A stretch of DNA of 64,000 nucleotides from an uncultured Chthonomonadaceae bacterium (GTDB taxonomy: Bacteria; Armatimonadota; Chthonomonadetes; Chthonomonadales; Chthonomonadaceae): NCBI GenBank assembly GCA_963817895.1, contig CAWFQB010000004.1, forward strand, positions 32,001 through 96,000, given 5' to 3'. A program made the translations under genes and the position numbers. Position 1 is the stretch's first letter, and each line of letters starts with the position of its first letter. The notes under the pieces were generated by a model, which did no database searches, was not told the DNA's origin, and saw only the letters and a program-made list of their open reading frames with translations. Positions 18,740 to 29,915 of the stretch are shown piece after piece.

Positions 18740-19186
18740 CTACTCCTGTCCATTCACCGCCCGCACCAATTCCTCCGATGGTGTCTGACTTCCCTCTGAG
18801 GCGGCACGGAGCAATATGGTTTGTTGTACCTGAACCGGCTCCGAAGAAGCGCGAACAAGGCTGTCCGCGCCGGGTAGGTCGGCAGTGTTGGAGCGGGTGA
18901 GAGGGAGGCCCGAATCTGTTTCTTTCGCTTCTTTTACTGCACCTACGCCGAAGTAGAGAAGCGCAACGGATAAACCACCCATGAACAAGATTATAAACAC
19001 AAGAAGCGGTAACTCCGACCATTTGAAGCGCACAAGTCCCATGCCAAACAAACCACAGGTGCAGACGAAACAAAACCCTCCGATTAGAAAAACAATTACG
19101 CCGAAGGAAGATAAGGCCAACTTACTTCCAAGATTGACGGCGTACCTGCCTTTACTCACGATCTGTTTACCCGTCTTCTGTTCCAT
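18740..19186 (-). CDS. Constant-ends/variable-core membrane protein, copy 8
   Basis: MEQKTGKQIVSKGRY...PLTRSNTADLPGADSLVRASSEPVQVQQTILLRAASEGSQTPSEELVRAVNGQE. Confidence 0.85.
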   Translation of the reverse strand: MEQKTGKQIVSKGRYAVNLGSKLALSSFGVIVFLIGGFCFVCTCGLFGMGLVRFKWSELPLLVFIILFMGGLSVALLYFGVGAVKEAKETDSGLPLTRSNTADLPGADSLVRASSEPVQVQQTILLRAASEGSQTPSEELVRAVNGQE

Positions 19187-19288
19187 CTTTACGCCTTTTG
19201 TTACTCTGCATGTCTGCCATTTCAGCATATTACAACTTCGAGGCTAAGAGCGTTTAGAAAAAGTAAAATCCTGCGTTTCTATTCGGCC

Positions 19289-19714
19289 TCAATGTCGCCT
19301 CGCAACGTATTGAAAGCGTTGCGCTTTCACTTCGATGATGCGCCTGCACGGGGCAAAGTAGGCATCAGAAAAGACTTTTTCTAAACGCTCTAACAATGCC
19401 AGCCCCAGAAATGTTGCCAGCAGTGGAAGCAGGAACATCACCAGCACAGCCATCGCATAGAAGGCATGATCGGGATAACGCCCGTTCACGGCTGTCACTG
19501 CCCAACAGCCGAAAACCACATTGACCACACTGCTGATACACAAGCCAACCATCCAAAAGGCTCCGACAACTATCATATCAGGACTGCCACTGCGAACCGC
19601 CTCTCCCAAGCGCCCTCCGATCCACATAGCGATCTGGCAGGCACATCCAGGCTGAGATAACCAACGTCCGAGACCAAGAAGTATGAATATCGTCACTGAC
19701 GCAATTTTGGACAT
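19289..19714 (-). CDS. Hypothetical membrane protein
   Basis: Several hydrophobic segments. Confidence 0.55.
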   Translation of the reverse strand: MSKIASVTIFILLGLGRWLSQPGCACQIAMWIGGRLGEAVRSGSPDMIVVGAFWMVGLCISSVVNVVFGCWAVTAVNGRYPDHAFYAMAVLVMFLLPLLATFLGLALLERLEKVFSDAYFAPCRRIIEVKAQRFQYVARRH

Positions 19715-19867
19715 GATGGTTTCGTAGCCTCTGCACAATCGTGAAGGCAAGGTCGGTAATCACTACATTATCTGATACAGCAGTGTAGGCTTACGCCTAC
19801 TGTGGTGATCTTCGCTATGGCTCATTCCGGCAAAAGGGCCAATGGCTTGCGCCGGTCGAGCCACAAA

Positions 19868-20467
19868 TTACCGTTTCGCGCCTGCGTTGAGAAGCATTTG
19901 AACAATCTCAGGATGATGAAATTCGCGTGCATAGTGGAGCGCACCCCAATTGCTGTCTTCGTGATCGTAGACATCTACATCGGCTCCTCGGTCAAGAAGC
20001 GCTTGCACAATGTCCGTGTATCCTTCGGCAGCGGCCCAGATGAGAACAGGCAGATCGTCGTCGTTGAGAGCGTTGAAATCACGCGCGCCATGTTCAATCA
20101 GGGCTTTGACGACAACAGCATCGCCATGACTTTGTTTCATCCCTAACGCCAGTTGCAGTGTGGAGCGCGGATATTCTTCCATATCATCTGCGGCGTTTGT
20201 GACTGCGGGAGATCGCTGATAATACGCATGAAACACTTGCCAGAACGTTGGAAGTGGTTTGTCGCTGTCACGCGCATTGGCGTTGGCTCCGGCGTCTAGC
20301 GCGTTCAGCACGGCATTAGCGTTGTCGGCAAGGATAGCAGCAATCAGGTCATGGTCAACATGCTGTTGCCGATACTGCTTGTACGGCAAGGCGCATACAG
20401 CCAGCACGAACAACAAAGGAAACAGGATAGGAGAGAAATGGGCAGGACGTTGAAAATGGTGGATCAT
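19868..20467 (-). CDS. Membrane-anchored ankyrin-repeat protein
   Basis: TM, then YRQQHVDHDLIAAI, GANANARD, LIWAAAEG; ends LLNAGAKR. Confidence 0.88.
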   Translation of the reverse strand: MIHHFQRPAHFSPILFPLLFVLAVCALPYKQYRQQHVDHDLIAAILADNANAVLNALDAGANANARDSDKPLPTFWQVFHAYYQRSPAVTNAADDMEEYPRSTLQLALGMKQSHGDAVVVKALIEHGARDFNALNDDDLPVLIWAAAEGYTDIVQALLDRGADVDVYDHEDSNWGALHYAREFHHPEIVQMLLNAGAKR

Positions 20468-20688
20468 GGTTTACGCTCCGCGTCGCCGCACGTATCATCT
20501 GATCAGAAGGCTCGACAATTCATAGACACTTCTTGATCTTGAGCCTACCTCTGATTGCTGGTTGTCTTCATCCCAGTGGAACATAAACGTTCCTCGCCAG
20601 TATGCACCATCTGCTGCCAAGTTGTTAGTGTACGAATGGAGTAAACTTCTACAAAGGCAAGCAATGAACAATTCGCCTTGAAGTGTGT

Positions 20689-21288
20689 CTATTTCGCTCC
20701 TGCGTTCTTTAGCAGCCTGATGAGATTAGCGTTTCTATCCGCCAGCATCAGGGCTGTATCACCATTGTCATCACGAAGATTGGGATTTGCCCCATTCGAG
20801 AGCAAGATGGAAGCCGTCTGCATAAATTCATCGTTTATGGCCCACATGAGCGGCGTTCTTCCCATGTATCCTTTGGCATCCAGATTAGCCCCCTTGTTTA
20901 TCAAGGCCGCCACGATAGCAGGTTCATCAGTTTCCTTTTCAAGACAGAACCGGTATCCTCTATCAGATGTCTCATAAACAATCTGCCCGTTTGTCATTGT
21001 CATTTGCGTTAGCACCGGTTGGCCTCCACCTACGGCGAGGAGCAATGCTGTTCGGCTGGAATTTTGGTTTCCCCAATGTCGGCCTCGTAGTCTCAGGAGC
21101 CATTGCTGCCAATTGGACACATTGCGATACTCGCTGTCTGTGGCATTGGGGTTTGCACCCCTGGCAAGGGCTACGAGTACAGGCTTGGTGTAGCCTTGTT
21201 CAACGGCAGCAATAAGAGCCTGATCCAACTGTGTCTGCCGCCATGCGCGCCACATCAGCACAACGGGAACCGCCAACAGCACCAACAT
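20689..21288 (-). CDS. Membrane-anchored ankyrin-repeat protein (true start probably near 21335, with a frameshift)
   Basis: WRAWRQTQLDQALIAAV, GRTPLMWA, GDTALMLA; ends LLKNAGAK. Confidence 0.88.
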   Translation of the reverse strand: MLVLLAVPVVLMWRAWRQTQLDQALIAAVEQGYTKPVLVALARGANPNATDSEYRNVSNWQQWLLRLRGRHWGNQNSSRTALLLAVGGGQPVLTQMTMTNGQIVYETSDRGYRFCLEKETDEPAIVAALINKGANLDAKGYMGRTPLMWAINDEFMQTASILLSNGANPNLRDDNGDTALMLADRNANLIRLLKNAGAK

Positions 21289-21340
21289 CAGGCCAGACGC
21301 GATCAGGGTAGTACGGGAGGCGTGTGGCGTGTCATAGCGT

Positions 21341-21547
21341 TTATTCCTTTCTGGTGGACGACCTATTCACGCGAAAGCCGACAATTAGGCAGACGATACT
21401 CGTTATCCCGGTAACGAGCGTGTAGGTTTGAAAATCCGATGTTGCCTGAGCATTGTCGCCTAATCCACCCACCAGCCCAGTAAAGAAGGCTAGTCCCAGG
21501 GTCACGAACAATCCCAGCGCGCCGAGGCAAATCAAGGTAGTTCGCAT
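21341..21547 (-). CDS. Small two-TM protein
   Basis: 68 aa with two hydrophobic stretches. Confidence 0.6.
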   Translation of the reverse strand: MRTTLICLGALGLFVTLGLAFFTGLVGGLGDNAQATSDFQTYTLVTGITSIVCLIVGFRVNRSSTRKE

Positions 21548-21597
21548 TAACAGTTCCTTAAATGAATGTTCTGCTTCTCTCCTCCACCGATAGGTTG

Positions 21598-22094
21598 TCA
21601 GTGGGTGACTCCATGATCCGGCCTTCTTTTTCTTGCGGACTTATTGGATGCGTTCGAGGAAGGCTGTTTGGTGCCAAAAGGCGAGAGCAAGAAGGCATGT
21701 TGTTTGCCCTGATACACGCCACATCCTACGATCTGCCCGAAATCATTGATGCCATTGGCTTTGGAAAGCACCCACCCGCAATCTTCTGGCAGAAGGCTGT
21801 TCAAATCCACCATTTTGTGATTGCAGTATAAAAACGCATGAGGTTCGGGAGTGTACTCATACTCCTTCGTAGACCAGCCTACAATGTCTCCTCGGTTGTT
21901 GATGCCATGCGCTTCGCTCGCGTAGTGATGGGGCAAAACACCCAGGTTGATGATCTTGCCATCCGAGAACAAGACGGCGCGCTTATCTCCTTTGTCACTG
22001 GTGTCCGAGTAGCCAACAGCCTGCCCCTTATTGTTGATCCCGAAGGCTTCGCTCCAGCCCTCGTCTCCTTGAGGTTCCGAGGTTTATTCGCCAT
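21598..22094 (-). pseudogene. HAF extracellular-repeat protein, truncated or frameshifted
   Basis: SEAHGINNRGDIVGWS...HAFLY...DLNSLLP...ANGINDFGQIVG...HAFLL. Confidence 0.75.
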
Positions 22095-22131
22095 GTCTCT
22101 GCGAACTCCTGCCTCACCGCGCGCCTTTTCG

Positions 22132-23095
22132 TTAGCCGCCTCCACCCATTTGCGGCTTGGGCGGATGCTGATAATATTCGACCGTGGACTTGTCCAGGCG
22201 AGTGGAAGCCGTCATCCCTACCTTCACTGGAAGATCAGGCACATAGGTGGTGAACTCCGCGACACATTCGTTGGGCTTGACGCTCCTGACGATGGCGTAC
22301 TTGTCTCCATCCAGGTACTTCTCGATGAACTCTGGCGTACCGTGCATGTTGCTCTACATGCCTGGTTTAAGGCCCTGCCGACTGCCTGCGCGAATGGTAA
22401 GGGCGATGATCTCTCCTGCCGCTTCTCCACTTCGGCCTTTGCCTTTCTTGCCTGTATGCACAACGGCGGTGATAGGAGCCTGAACTGGTGTGGCTAACAA
22501 GAACGTGTTCCAGGGTGTGGGCAATGCAGGCTTCCCTGTTGCTGCGTCCAATTTCATGCGCTGTGTAGTTCCCCAAGCGCACAAAATAGTCGCCGTGGAT
22601 GTCGCCCCGTGGTTCTTCTCCCAAGTTGATGTCGTTACAGAAATGGCGTAAGTCCTCATCCGGGATCAGGTACAGTCGCTTACCCCAGGAAACCGCAACG
22701 AGCGTTTTTAGAGGAAACGATGGCTTTGTCTCAAAGTGCGTGAGCAGTGCCTTTGCGTGGTTCCTACACATTGAAAAAGTACGGAAGTTGGTTGTGCGAA
22801 GGCTAAAGAATTCAGACGAAGGAGTGAGCGTGACGTGGTTGTTTTGGAAGGTATAGGTTCCTGACCATTCCGCCGACTGCCCATCATCACTGGACTGGGA
22901 GAAGAAGAACGTTTTGTCGCGCTTGAGATTCAGACCATCATTTTGGCCCAAGCCATCCCCTCGGTAGTATTCCCCAACAACGCTGACCTGCGCTTTCGGC
23001 GTCTTCTGGTCATAAGCCGACGCAGGCCCAGAACAGAAGACGGCAGCCATGAGGAAGCAAAGTGAGAGGAGGAACTGAACCGCAGGTAGTTTCAT
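22132..23095 (-). CDS. Exported hypothetical protein with several frameshifts
   Basis: Signal peptide MKLPAVQFLL; coherent sequence continues across ORFs 22367..23392, 22354..22659 and 22132..22347. Confidence 0.6.
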
Positions 23096-23435
23096 AGACT
23101 TTCTCCGACAGAATGCCTCATGGTGCATAGGGACAAATAACAGCAACCTACATGCCTTTAGAAGATGGTGTGCTTGCCGGGGATACATAAGACAGGTTCC
23201 AGGTGGATAAAAACACTTGGCATGGGAGAGAAATTTCTCTCCCATGCCGACGATTATCGCACTTGCTAAGGGTATGGGAGATTGATCTGGAGAGTAATAA
23301 GACGTAGAGTATTCATAACCTTCGTTGGCAGGATCAAGGAATAATTCTTCGGATGCGACATCACGTTTCATAACTCCACTGCGGCAAGCCATCGGATTTC
23401 TTCATCAGCGAACGTGTGCTATATGCAATCTGGGT

Positions 23436-26400
23436 TTATTGATGTGACTTCTGTATTTCTGTTGCTCTCTCCATACCGACAATTTGCGCCAGTCGCTCAT
23501 TCGCCACCGCCAAAACCTGTTCTGCCGTCGTTATACCCTCGCGCATTAGCGACATGTACTCACCGCGCGTCAACGTCAGGGGAAGGTTGAGCAGGCCGAG
23601 AGCGGCAGCAGGAATGCCGACCTCCAACTGCTTCAAGAGCATGTCCACGTCTTGAGCATTCGCGGGTACGACAATATGAACTAAGCAGGCGACCTCATGG
23701 GCGGCACGCAGGTGATAGCGTGTGTTATCCGCGAAGCGCCGAATGTCCCCGTGACTGGTCGCGCCGAACCACTGATTGGAAGTGTAGCGGCTCTCGATTT
23801 CGTCCATGTTCACACCGTCTATCCAATCCGCTAAGATGCAGGCGCGCTTACACCGCTTGATATAATCACCTTCCTGTGCCCGTTGCTGGTATAGCGTTAC
23901 AATGTCCCTGCCATAGCGAACCGCAGCCCATTGCGGACAAAATGCCTCCTTTTTGCTGCCTTTGAGTGTAGGTGTATAACCGCCGTCTGATTCAGGAAGG
24001 TTCTGCACCAGCGCCATCAGACGCTCGTGAGTCAGACTATCGGGTGAGATTGTACGCAACAATTGTATCAGTCGCACGCATGAAGAATAGGCCAGGGTCG
24101 AACGACCACAGGCGCGACCAATTGGCGTCAGTTGTACGAATGCACCATCCTGTTCCACCAAGCCCCATGTCAGCATTTCATCCAGCAGAATGTTCAATCG
24201 CCCTGCAAGCGTGGCCTTCCATTCAGGATGGCGGCGTATGGCCTGGAAGCCCCCAAATGTGCTGGCGAGCAACGTCGTAATCTGGTCGCGTGAAACGCGG
24301 GCAACCTGAGCCAGCAGACGCAGCGCCCACGTTTCTACCGCCTCCACCTCAAACGACGATTTCAACGGTTCGGGGTGGCCCTGCACGTATTTGCGGAAAA
24401 GTGCATCTCGCTGGTATGCGTTCTCGGCATAAAGTAAGGATTGTCCTTCCTCTTGGAAACCCAGTCTGCCTGCACGCCCCGCCATGTTACGGTATTCTGC
24501 CACTGTGTAGTCGCGCTCGTCCTCGCCAACAAAGCGGTGATCAGCCAAGATTACAACGGAAGCGGGGGTATTGATGCCTGCTGCAACAGTTGTCGTTGCT
24601 GAAAGAACGCGCACCTTGCTTTGTGGGTCGCGATAGGCACGCTCTACAAGAGAGCGCTCCTCACGATTCAAGTTCGTATTGTGAAAAGCCGTTCCCCCTC
24701 GCAAGCACTCGCGCAATGCAGTGGAGTCTGTGGACTGGTCGGTAGCGGGTAATTGGGCAATTACTTCAGTGGCGGCTGGTAGTCCAACCCCACCCGCTTC
24801 CTGCCCTTCCGCAAGATATTTGGCGCAAGACACGGACTTGCTCCGCATGTTGCGGAAGATAATTACCTTATGGTGCGCGTCGTTCATCAACTGGCGCACC
24901 AGTGGTACGATCACATCCTGCGCGCTTGGTTCTTTGCGACGCTGGTGAATGTTCTGACGCGGAACCAATTGCTTGACCTGGGAATTACCTTCCTCGTCTT
25001 GGAATTGGCATACACCATCATGGTCAAGGACACCTTCAACCAGTTTTACGGGTCGCCTGTCCGTCACCAAAGCCTCGCAGCCCAACCATTCATGGAAGGA
25101 GTTCAAATCTCCAATGACAGCAGACAGCGCCACAATTTGCGGTTGAATACCTCGTTCACGGGCGGCGATTAGGAAAGTCAAGAGCAGTTCGACTATGATG
25201 CCACGCTTCGGCTCGCACACAAATTGTGCCTCATCTAGCACGACCAACCCGATCTGTGACAAGGTAGTAGGATTCGAGACCGCCAGCGACAGGAACATTT
25301 CGTAAGTCATGCAGGCAAGATCGTACTTGCCGCGCGCGAAAGCGGTTGCCTGGTCAACGTAATCGCCTGTGCAGCGGATTACGCGCAGTCCCAGTTCCGT
25401 CCCGTAGAGTGCATCGAACTGGTCGTACTTCTCGCTTGTTAGGGCCTTGTACGGCAGTAGAAATACGGCTTTACGTCCTTCGGTAATGGCACACACAGCA
25501 GCCATCTCCCCAATCATGGTCTTACCCGACGAGGTGGGCGCGACTATGAGCAGCGACCTTCCATCCAGTACGCGGTAGTCATTGATAGCCTGCTGTTGCA
25601 GACTATTTAGCCCAGTAAGGAAACGGTCGGCCCAAGCCCGGAGAACAGGTTCAGGTAAACCAAATGCTGCCAACTCTTTGATTGCCCCTCCAACTCTCGC
25701 GCCGTAAAGTTCTGGAAACGCCTGTGCAAATATTGGGCCAGGTCGCAAGGGTGGCAGTGTCATGCCGCCCTCCACGAGACCTTGATAGAGCATGGGAGTC
25801 TGTGTAACACCCAAGCGCGCGGATTCGGCGCGCACACGATCCATCACGGCGCTCATTGCAGCCTGGACATTGATGACATCGGAGAAGGCACACAGCGCAT
25901 CAAGCAGGGCTTTTGGTAAACAGGCCATGTCGCGTTACAGGATGCTCATAGGCCGCCTCGTTTGTGTTCGCAGCGGAAATCAAAATACGGCCTCGCCCCT
26001 CCACAAGTACATCGAGCGGCATTTCGATGTCGCGCGGTATCGGCTCGTCATCCTCAAAGACACGGGCGGTCGCACCGCCCGAAAAGCAGCAGTCGAGCAG
26101 GATTAGTACGAACCGAGCCTGCGTTGCGCAAAACAAATCGCCGAGTTCACCCATCGAGAGGGATGTTTTGGCAACTTGGCTGGCGTCAGTGTCGTGCGCG
26201 AGCAAGCGGTGACTACGTGAGCCGTGCCCTGCGAATGAGACGATTACAGTGTCCTCTGGGCCTGCTGCACCCAGTGTCTCTTGCAGGGCGCTACGTATTG
26301 AGTCCTTCGTTGCCTGATCGTCCACGAGTAGCCGTGCCTGAATGCCAGGAATGCTATCGGAGAACAATGCCCAGAGCGCAGTTGCATCCCGCCGTGCGCC

Positions 26401-26469
26401 ACTCAACTCGCGAATGTGGTCATCACGGTATTTGTTTATCCCGATGAAACTTGCCAAAACTGCCATCAC
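23436..26469 (-). CDS. Caspase-like (C14) peptidase fused to a Ski2/Hel308-like SF2 helicase; one-base frameshift at 25911-25914
   Basis: IGINKY, FAGHGS (His) and LDCCFSG (Cys); helicase motifs APTSSGKT, DEAQ, ALSA and NMAGRAGR. Removing one base gives a continuous HGLFTKALLDAL. Confidence 0.88.
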
Positions 26470-26499
26470 TATCCATCTTTCTGCCCCAATCTAGGCACA

Positions 26500-26895
26500 T
26501 CACTGATCGGAGGTGATTGTATCTCCCGGATCGAGGTCTTTCACATCCATCTTGCAAACTGCTGCCAATTGCTTTAGCACGTCCGCCTCTGCCTGACTGC
26601 TGGCGCTCTTGGAGCGAATGTGAATGGTTTTGGAGGAGCCGTCCGCGTTTTGCGTCTGAATGCTGATTTCGGATTCATTACGTGTAGTGTGGCGCGTGAT
26701 CCAAAGCGCCAAAGCGCGCAGAGCCATGCCTGATGCTGTGATAATGGCAAGGGCAGTGGGAACATCGCGTCCGTGAGAGCCTGCTCCCGTCTCTTGCTCA
26801 AAACGCACAGTATCAGGTGGAAGTGTATTTGCGAGAGCAGCACAGTCCTCTTCCGACAGGTCAAGCACTGTGAGTGTACGAAGCACTGGTTCCAT
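26500..26895 (-). CDS. EACC1-like (effector-associated constant component) small single-TM protein
   Basis: GSHG, a hydrophobic segment ending LALWITR, then the hairpin ISIQTQNADGSSKTIHI; AAAGGAG RBS; directly upstream of the caspase gene. Confidence 0.6.
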   Translation of the reverse strand: MEPVLRTLTVLDLSEEDCAALANTLPPDTVRFEQETGAGSHGRDVPTALAIITASGMALRALALWITRHTTRNESEISIQTQNADGSSKTIHIRSKSASSQAEADVLKQLAAVCKMDVKDLDPGDTITSDQ

Positions 26896-27204
26896 AATCT
26901 TCTCCTTTAAGTTCAAAGCCTCACATAGCGAACAAAATGCTACTAAGATGACGGATGCTGCAAAGAAAAAGTGTCGCACTACACGAAATTATTCTATTGT
27001 TTTTCCTTCCAAACGAAGAAAATGGACAAAATTTCTTTAATTTTTACGTCCGATTAACCAATCAGCCAACTGCGCTTTCAGGCATTAACACCGTATCTCC
27101 ATCCCCCTTGTGCGTTTTTACATTCTCTGGCACGAGCATAGCCTCAAAACGCGCTCGCTACCCTATGTCCCTTCCGGGCAAAAGGCGCAGCCAGGAGAAA
27201 AACA

Positions 27205-28750
27205 ATGCAAGAGGATATAGTTTGTGAGGCTCATGCACTCTACGCCGCAGGATTTAATGTGCTCCCCGTTCAGTTCGCCAGCAAGGAGCCTTATGGTTCC
27301 ACAAGCATCTTGACTACGACTCGTATACATCCGTCGTCCATAGATCACTTATTCACCAGCAGCGGCATCGGCGTTATGATGGGTAGGCTGTCGGGCAATC
27401 TATTTGCCCTCGACTGTGACGACGATGCAACGTTCAAGTATGTCGGTGAGGAGTTGGATGCCCGCCATATTCATGCGTGGATCAGAGCTGGGAATGCGGG
27501 GTGGGCAATACTGGTTGCGCTGTGCCGAAGGAGAGGTGCAAAATGTTAATCAGGGCAAGTTGCAGGTGCTGGGCCACAGCCTTTACTCGGTTGTACCACC
27601 CTCCTGGCATCCCGGTGGTGTGATGTACGAATGGGCGCGACGTGAGGGCCAATTGCCTCCCAGTGTTTCCATTCGGCAACTCGATTTCTTGAAGTTGTCG
27701 CTCGCCGGAGATCAGAAGCCAGGCATCAAGCGCGACAAAACGACCCTCCCGCCTGCGGCCTATCGCGTTCTCGTGGAGGAGGACATCAACGGCTACAAGT
27801 CCAACAGCGAAGCCGAGTATGCCGCCTGTTTGTCGCTGCTTCGTGCGGGATGTCCCGATTTGATGATCCGAACGATCTTCGCTCAGTTCACCCCGCCGCA
27901 TTACGCGAAAAGTCGAGGCCGCTCCTTCGATAAGTACACGTTGGCGTCGGCAAAAGCGTATTTGAAGGCCCAAGACGAAAAACCTGTTGCAAGAGAAGCG
28001 GTGACGAACTGGCACTCATCACATTTTGTTCAGTATGCCGATGCGCGCTCCTGGCCCGGACGCACAGGCAATTCGGACAAGGCTGTATACCTCGCGCTTT
28101 GTCAGAGAATGCGAATGGATAAAGGCGCGCGTGTTTTTCGGGCCTCCATCCGTGAACTCTCTGAACTTGCCAATGTAGGAACGCAAGCGGTTCAGGCTGC
28201 GGTGAAACGTCTGCGAACGGCAAACTTGGTCAAGTACGAGAGCAAGGACGCAGTTTCGGGTGCTGCTTTGTACTCACTTATTGTCCAGCCGGAAATGACA
28301 GCAATCACCACAGTAGGCGAAGCCTACACCCGTGTAGCGGATAGTGTGGTGATTAGTGCTATCCAAGAGGACGCTTTCCATAATCGTGGCCTGGGCAAAT
28401 CGGCTTGTACGATTTGGCGTCTGTTACTCTCCGAGAACCGCGCTTTGACAGGAAAGGAAATCATTCAGGCTACGGGGCGTGTCTACAGCACGGTCAAGCA
28501 GAATTTAGTGAAGTTAGAGGCCGTTGGTTTAGCATGGCAGGAAAATGACGGTTCTCCAAGCCGCTGGTGTGGCGTACCTGCTGATCACGAGCAACTGCAT
28601 GAACTCGCCGTCAAATTAGGAACGCAGGGAAAGGCAGCAGTCCGAAAGGCACGACATGTCGAGGAGCGGCAAAAGAGGGCAAGCGTTATGCTGATAAAAC
28701 AGAAGGAGTGCTTCTTGGCGAGAACTAAAGCGTTGAGTATGGCTGCCTAA
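27205..28750 (+). CDS. Bifunctional primase/polymerase (Prim-Pol) replication protein with C-terminal HTH-like regions; frameshift near 27495
   Basis: GFNVLPV...KEP, GIGVMMG.LS..LFALDCD, RGGQYW and VVPPSWHPGG..YEW motifs. Confidence 0.8.
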
Positions 28751-28759
28751 ATTGCGACG

Positions 28760-28787
28760 ATGCGCGTGGAAAATTTTCCACGCGCAT
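28760..28787. terminator. Perfect palindrome with GAAAATTTTC centre
   Basis: atgcgcgtggaaaa/ttttccacgcgcat, just after the Prim-Pol stop. Confidence 0.7.
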
Positions 28788-28961
28788 AATTTACCCATTT
28801 ACCACTGCTATTCCATGAAGCGGGACACCAGCGCAAACGAGTTAGGTACGGCGTTCTTCACCGCATCGCAGCAGATTAGCCTCAAATGTCAGACAAAGAA
28901 GCCGCAGGAGTAATCCATATAATCGGGTGAGTATGCTCTTGCGGCTTCCATTGTAATCTAT

Positions 28962-29552
28962 TCAGCGACGGCGGAGGGCCATATCAGACGGCTGATACTC
29001 CGCCTTACACCACTCCTGAACGGAACGCTCAATATCCTCCCGTGTGCATAGATATGGCGAGGACACGTCCTCAATAGCCTCGACGATCCATCTGACGCTT
29101 TCAGTCGCACCGAATGTATAAATCTCACTCGTTACCTCACCGCCCGTATCGTTGCAATGGGTTATCACAATCTGACCCACATCCCATAAGTTGACGACCC
29201 TTTCCACGAGGGCGGGGGACAGGGTGGGACAAAATGCGGAATAAAATGCGGCATCCTCTGACATTGACTCACGGAGTGATCCGCGTAACTTGTTTGCCTC
29301 ATGTATGGCAGCCTCAATCTTGCTACTGAAATAACTCACGTTTGGGCCAGTGTACTTCAGGACGGTTGCGTCATACACCTTGCTATAGGCGCAGACGATG
29401 TTTTGGGTCGTCTCCTGGTAATCACGTAGATAACGCCCTTCCTGATCGCGTTCCAAGACGAAATAAGCGTTCATCCTCTCGGCTGCGGCGGCAATGTCTT
29501 CGCTAGGGCCGCCGATATAGATTTTAAGAGACGGAATTGTACATGTTGTCAT
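28962..29552 (-). CDS. Hypothetical protein
   Basis: 196-aa ORF followed by an imperfect hairpin at about 28898-28948. Confidence 0.6.
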   Translation of the reverse strand: MTTCTIPSLKIYIGGPSEDIAAAAERMNAYFVLERDQEGRYLRDYQETTQNIVCAYSKVYDATVLKYTGPNVSYFSSKIEAAIHEANKLRGSLRESMSEDAAFYSAFCPTLSPALVERVVNLWDVGQIVITHCNDTGGEVTSEIYTFGATESVRWIVEAIEDVSSPYLCTREDIERSVQEWCKAEYQPSDMALRRR

Positions 29553-29915
29553 GTTTAGTTATGTCCTTCAAATAGATTTTGTATGGGGTAATGAAACGAA
29601 CAGATGGCCTAGATAAGACACCATACATGTCTTGTCCTAACACATAAGAATTAACGACTTGGGCGATCTGCAAACCGTCACGATGGCCCAACATTGGCTT
29701 GGCTTGTATCTGCACAACCTAGCGGAATTGGATATGCTGGGGCGTCGTGTACGCCTGAGCGCGCCTTCTACATATAGCGAACATCGGCTTCGAGCGCCAA
29801 TATGCCGCCGCCATGTGAACAGAAATTGTGGCACTCACGATACTTCCTTGCGAGTTGATCTGACACTTTGACACATCAGGAACTATGGACAGGGGAGTTC
29901 CAGTCTTGTGACGGT

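Noticed and set aside
8664..19186. Integron (attC cassette array)
   Set aside because: No intI gene. The repeats are protein-coding with synonymous variation, and I saw no RYYYAAC/GTTRRRY palindromic attC structure.
8664..19186. CRISPR array or diversity-generating retroelement
   Set aside because: Repeats are long, divergent and irregularly spaced. There is no cas or reverse transcriptase gene, and differences are not adenine-specific.
23100..23392. N-terminal extension of ORF 22367..23392
   Set aside because: The signal peptide and a GGAG RBS indicate a start at 23095; the upstream part shows no recognisable features.
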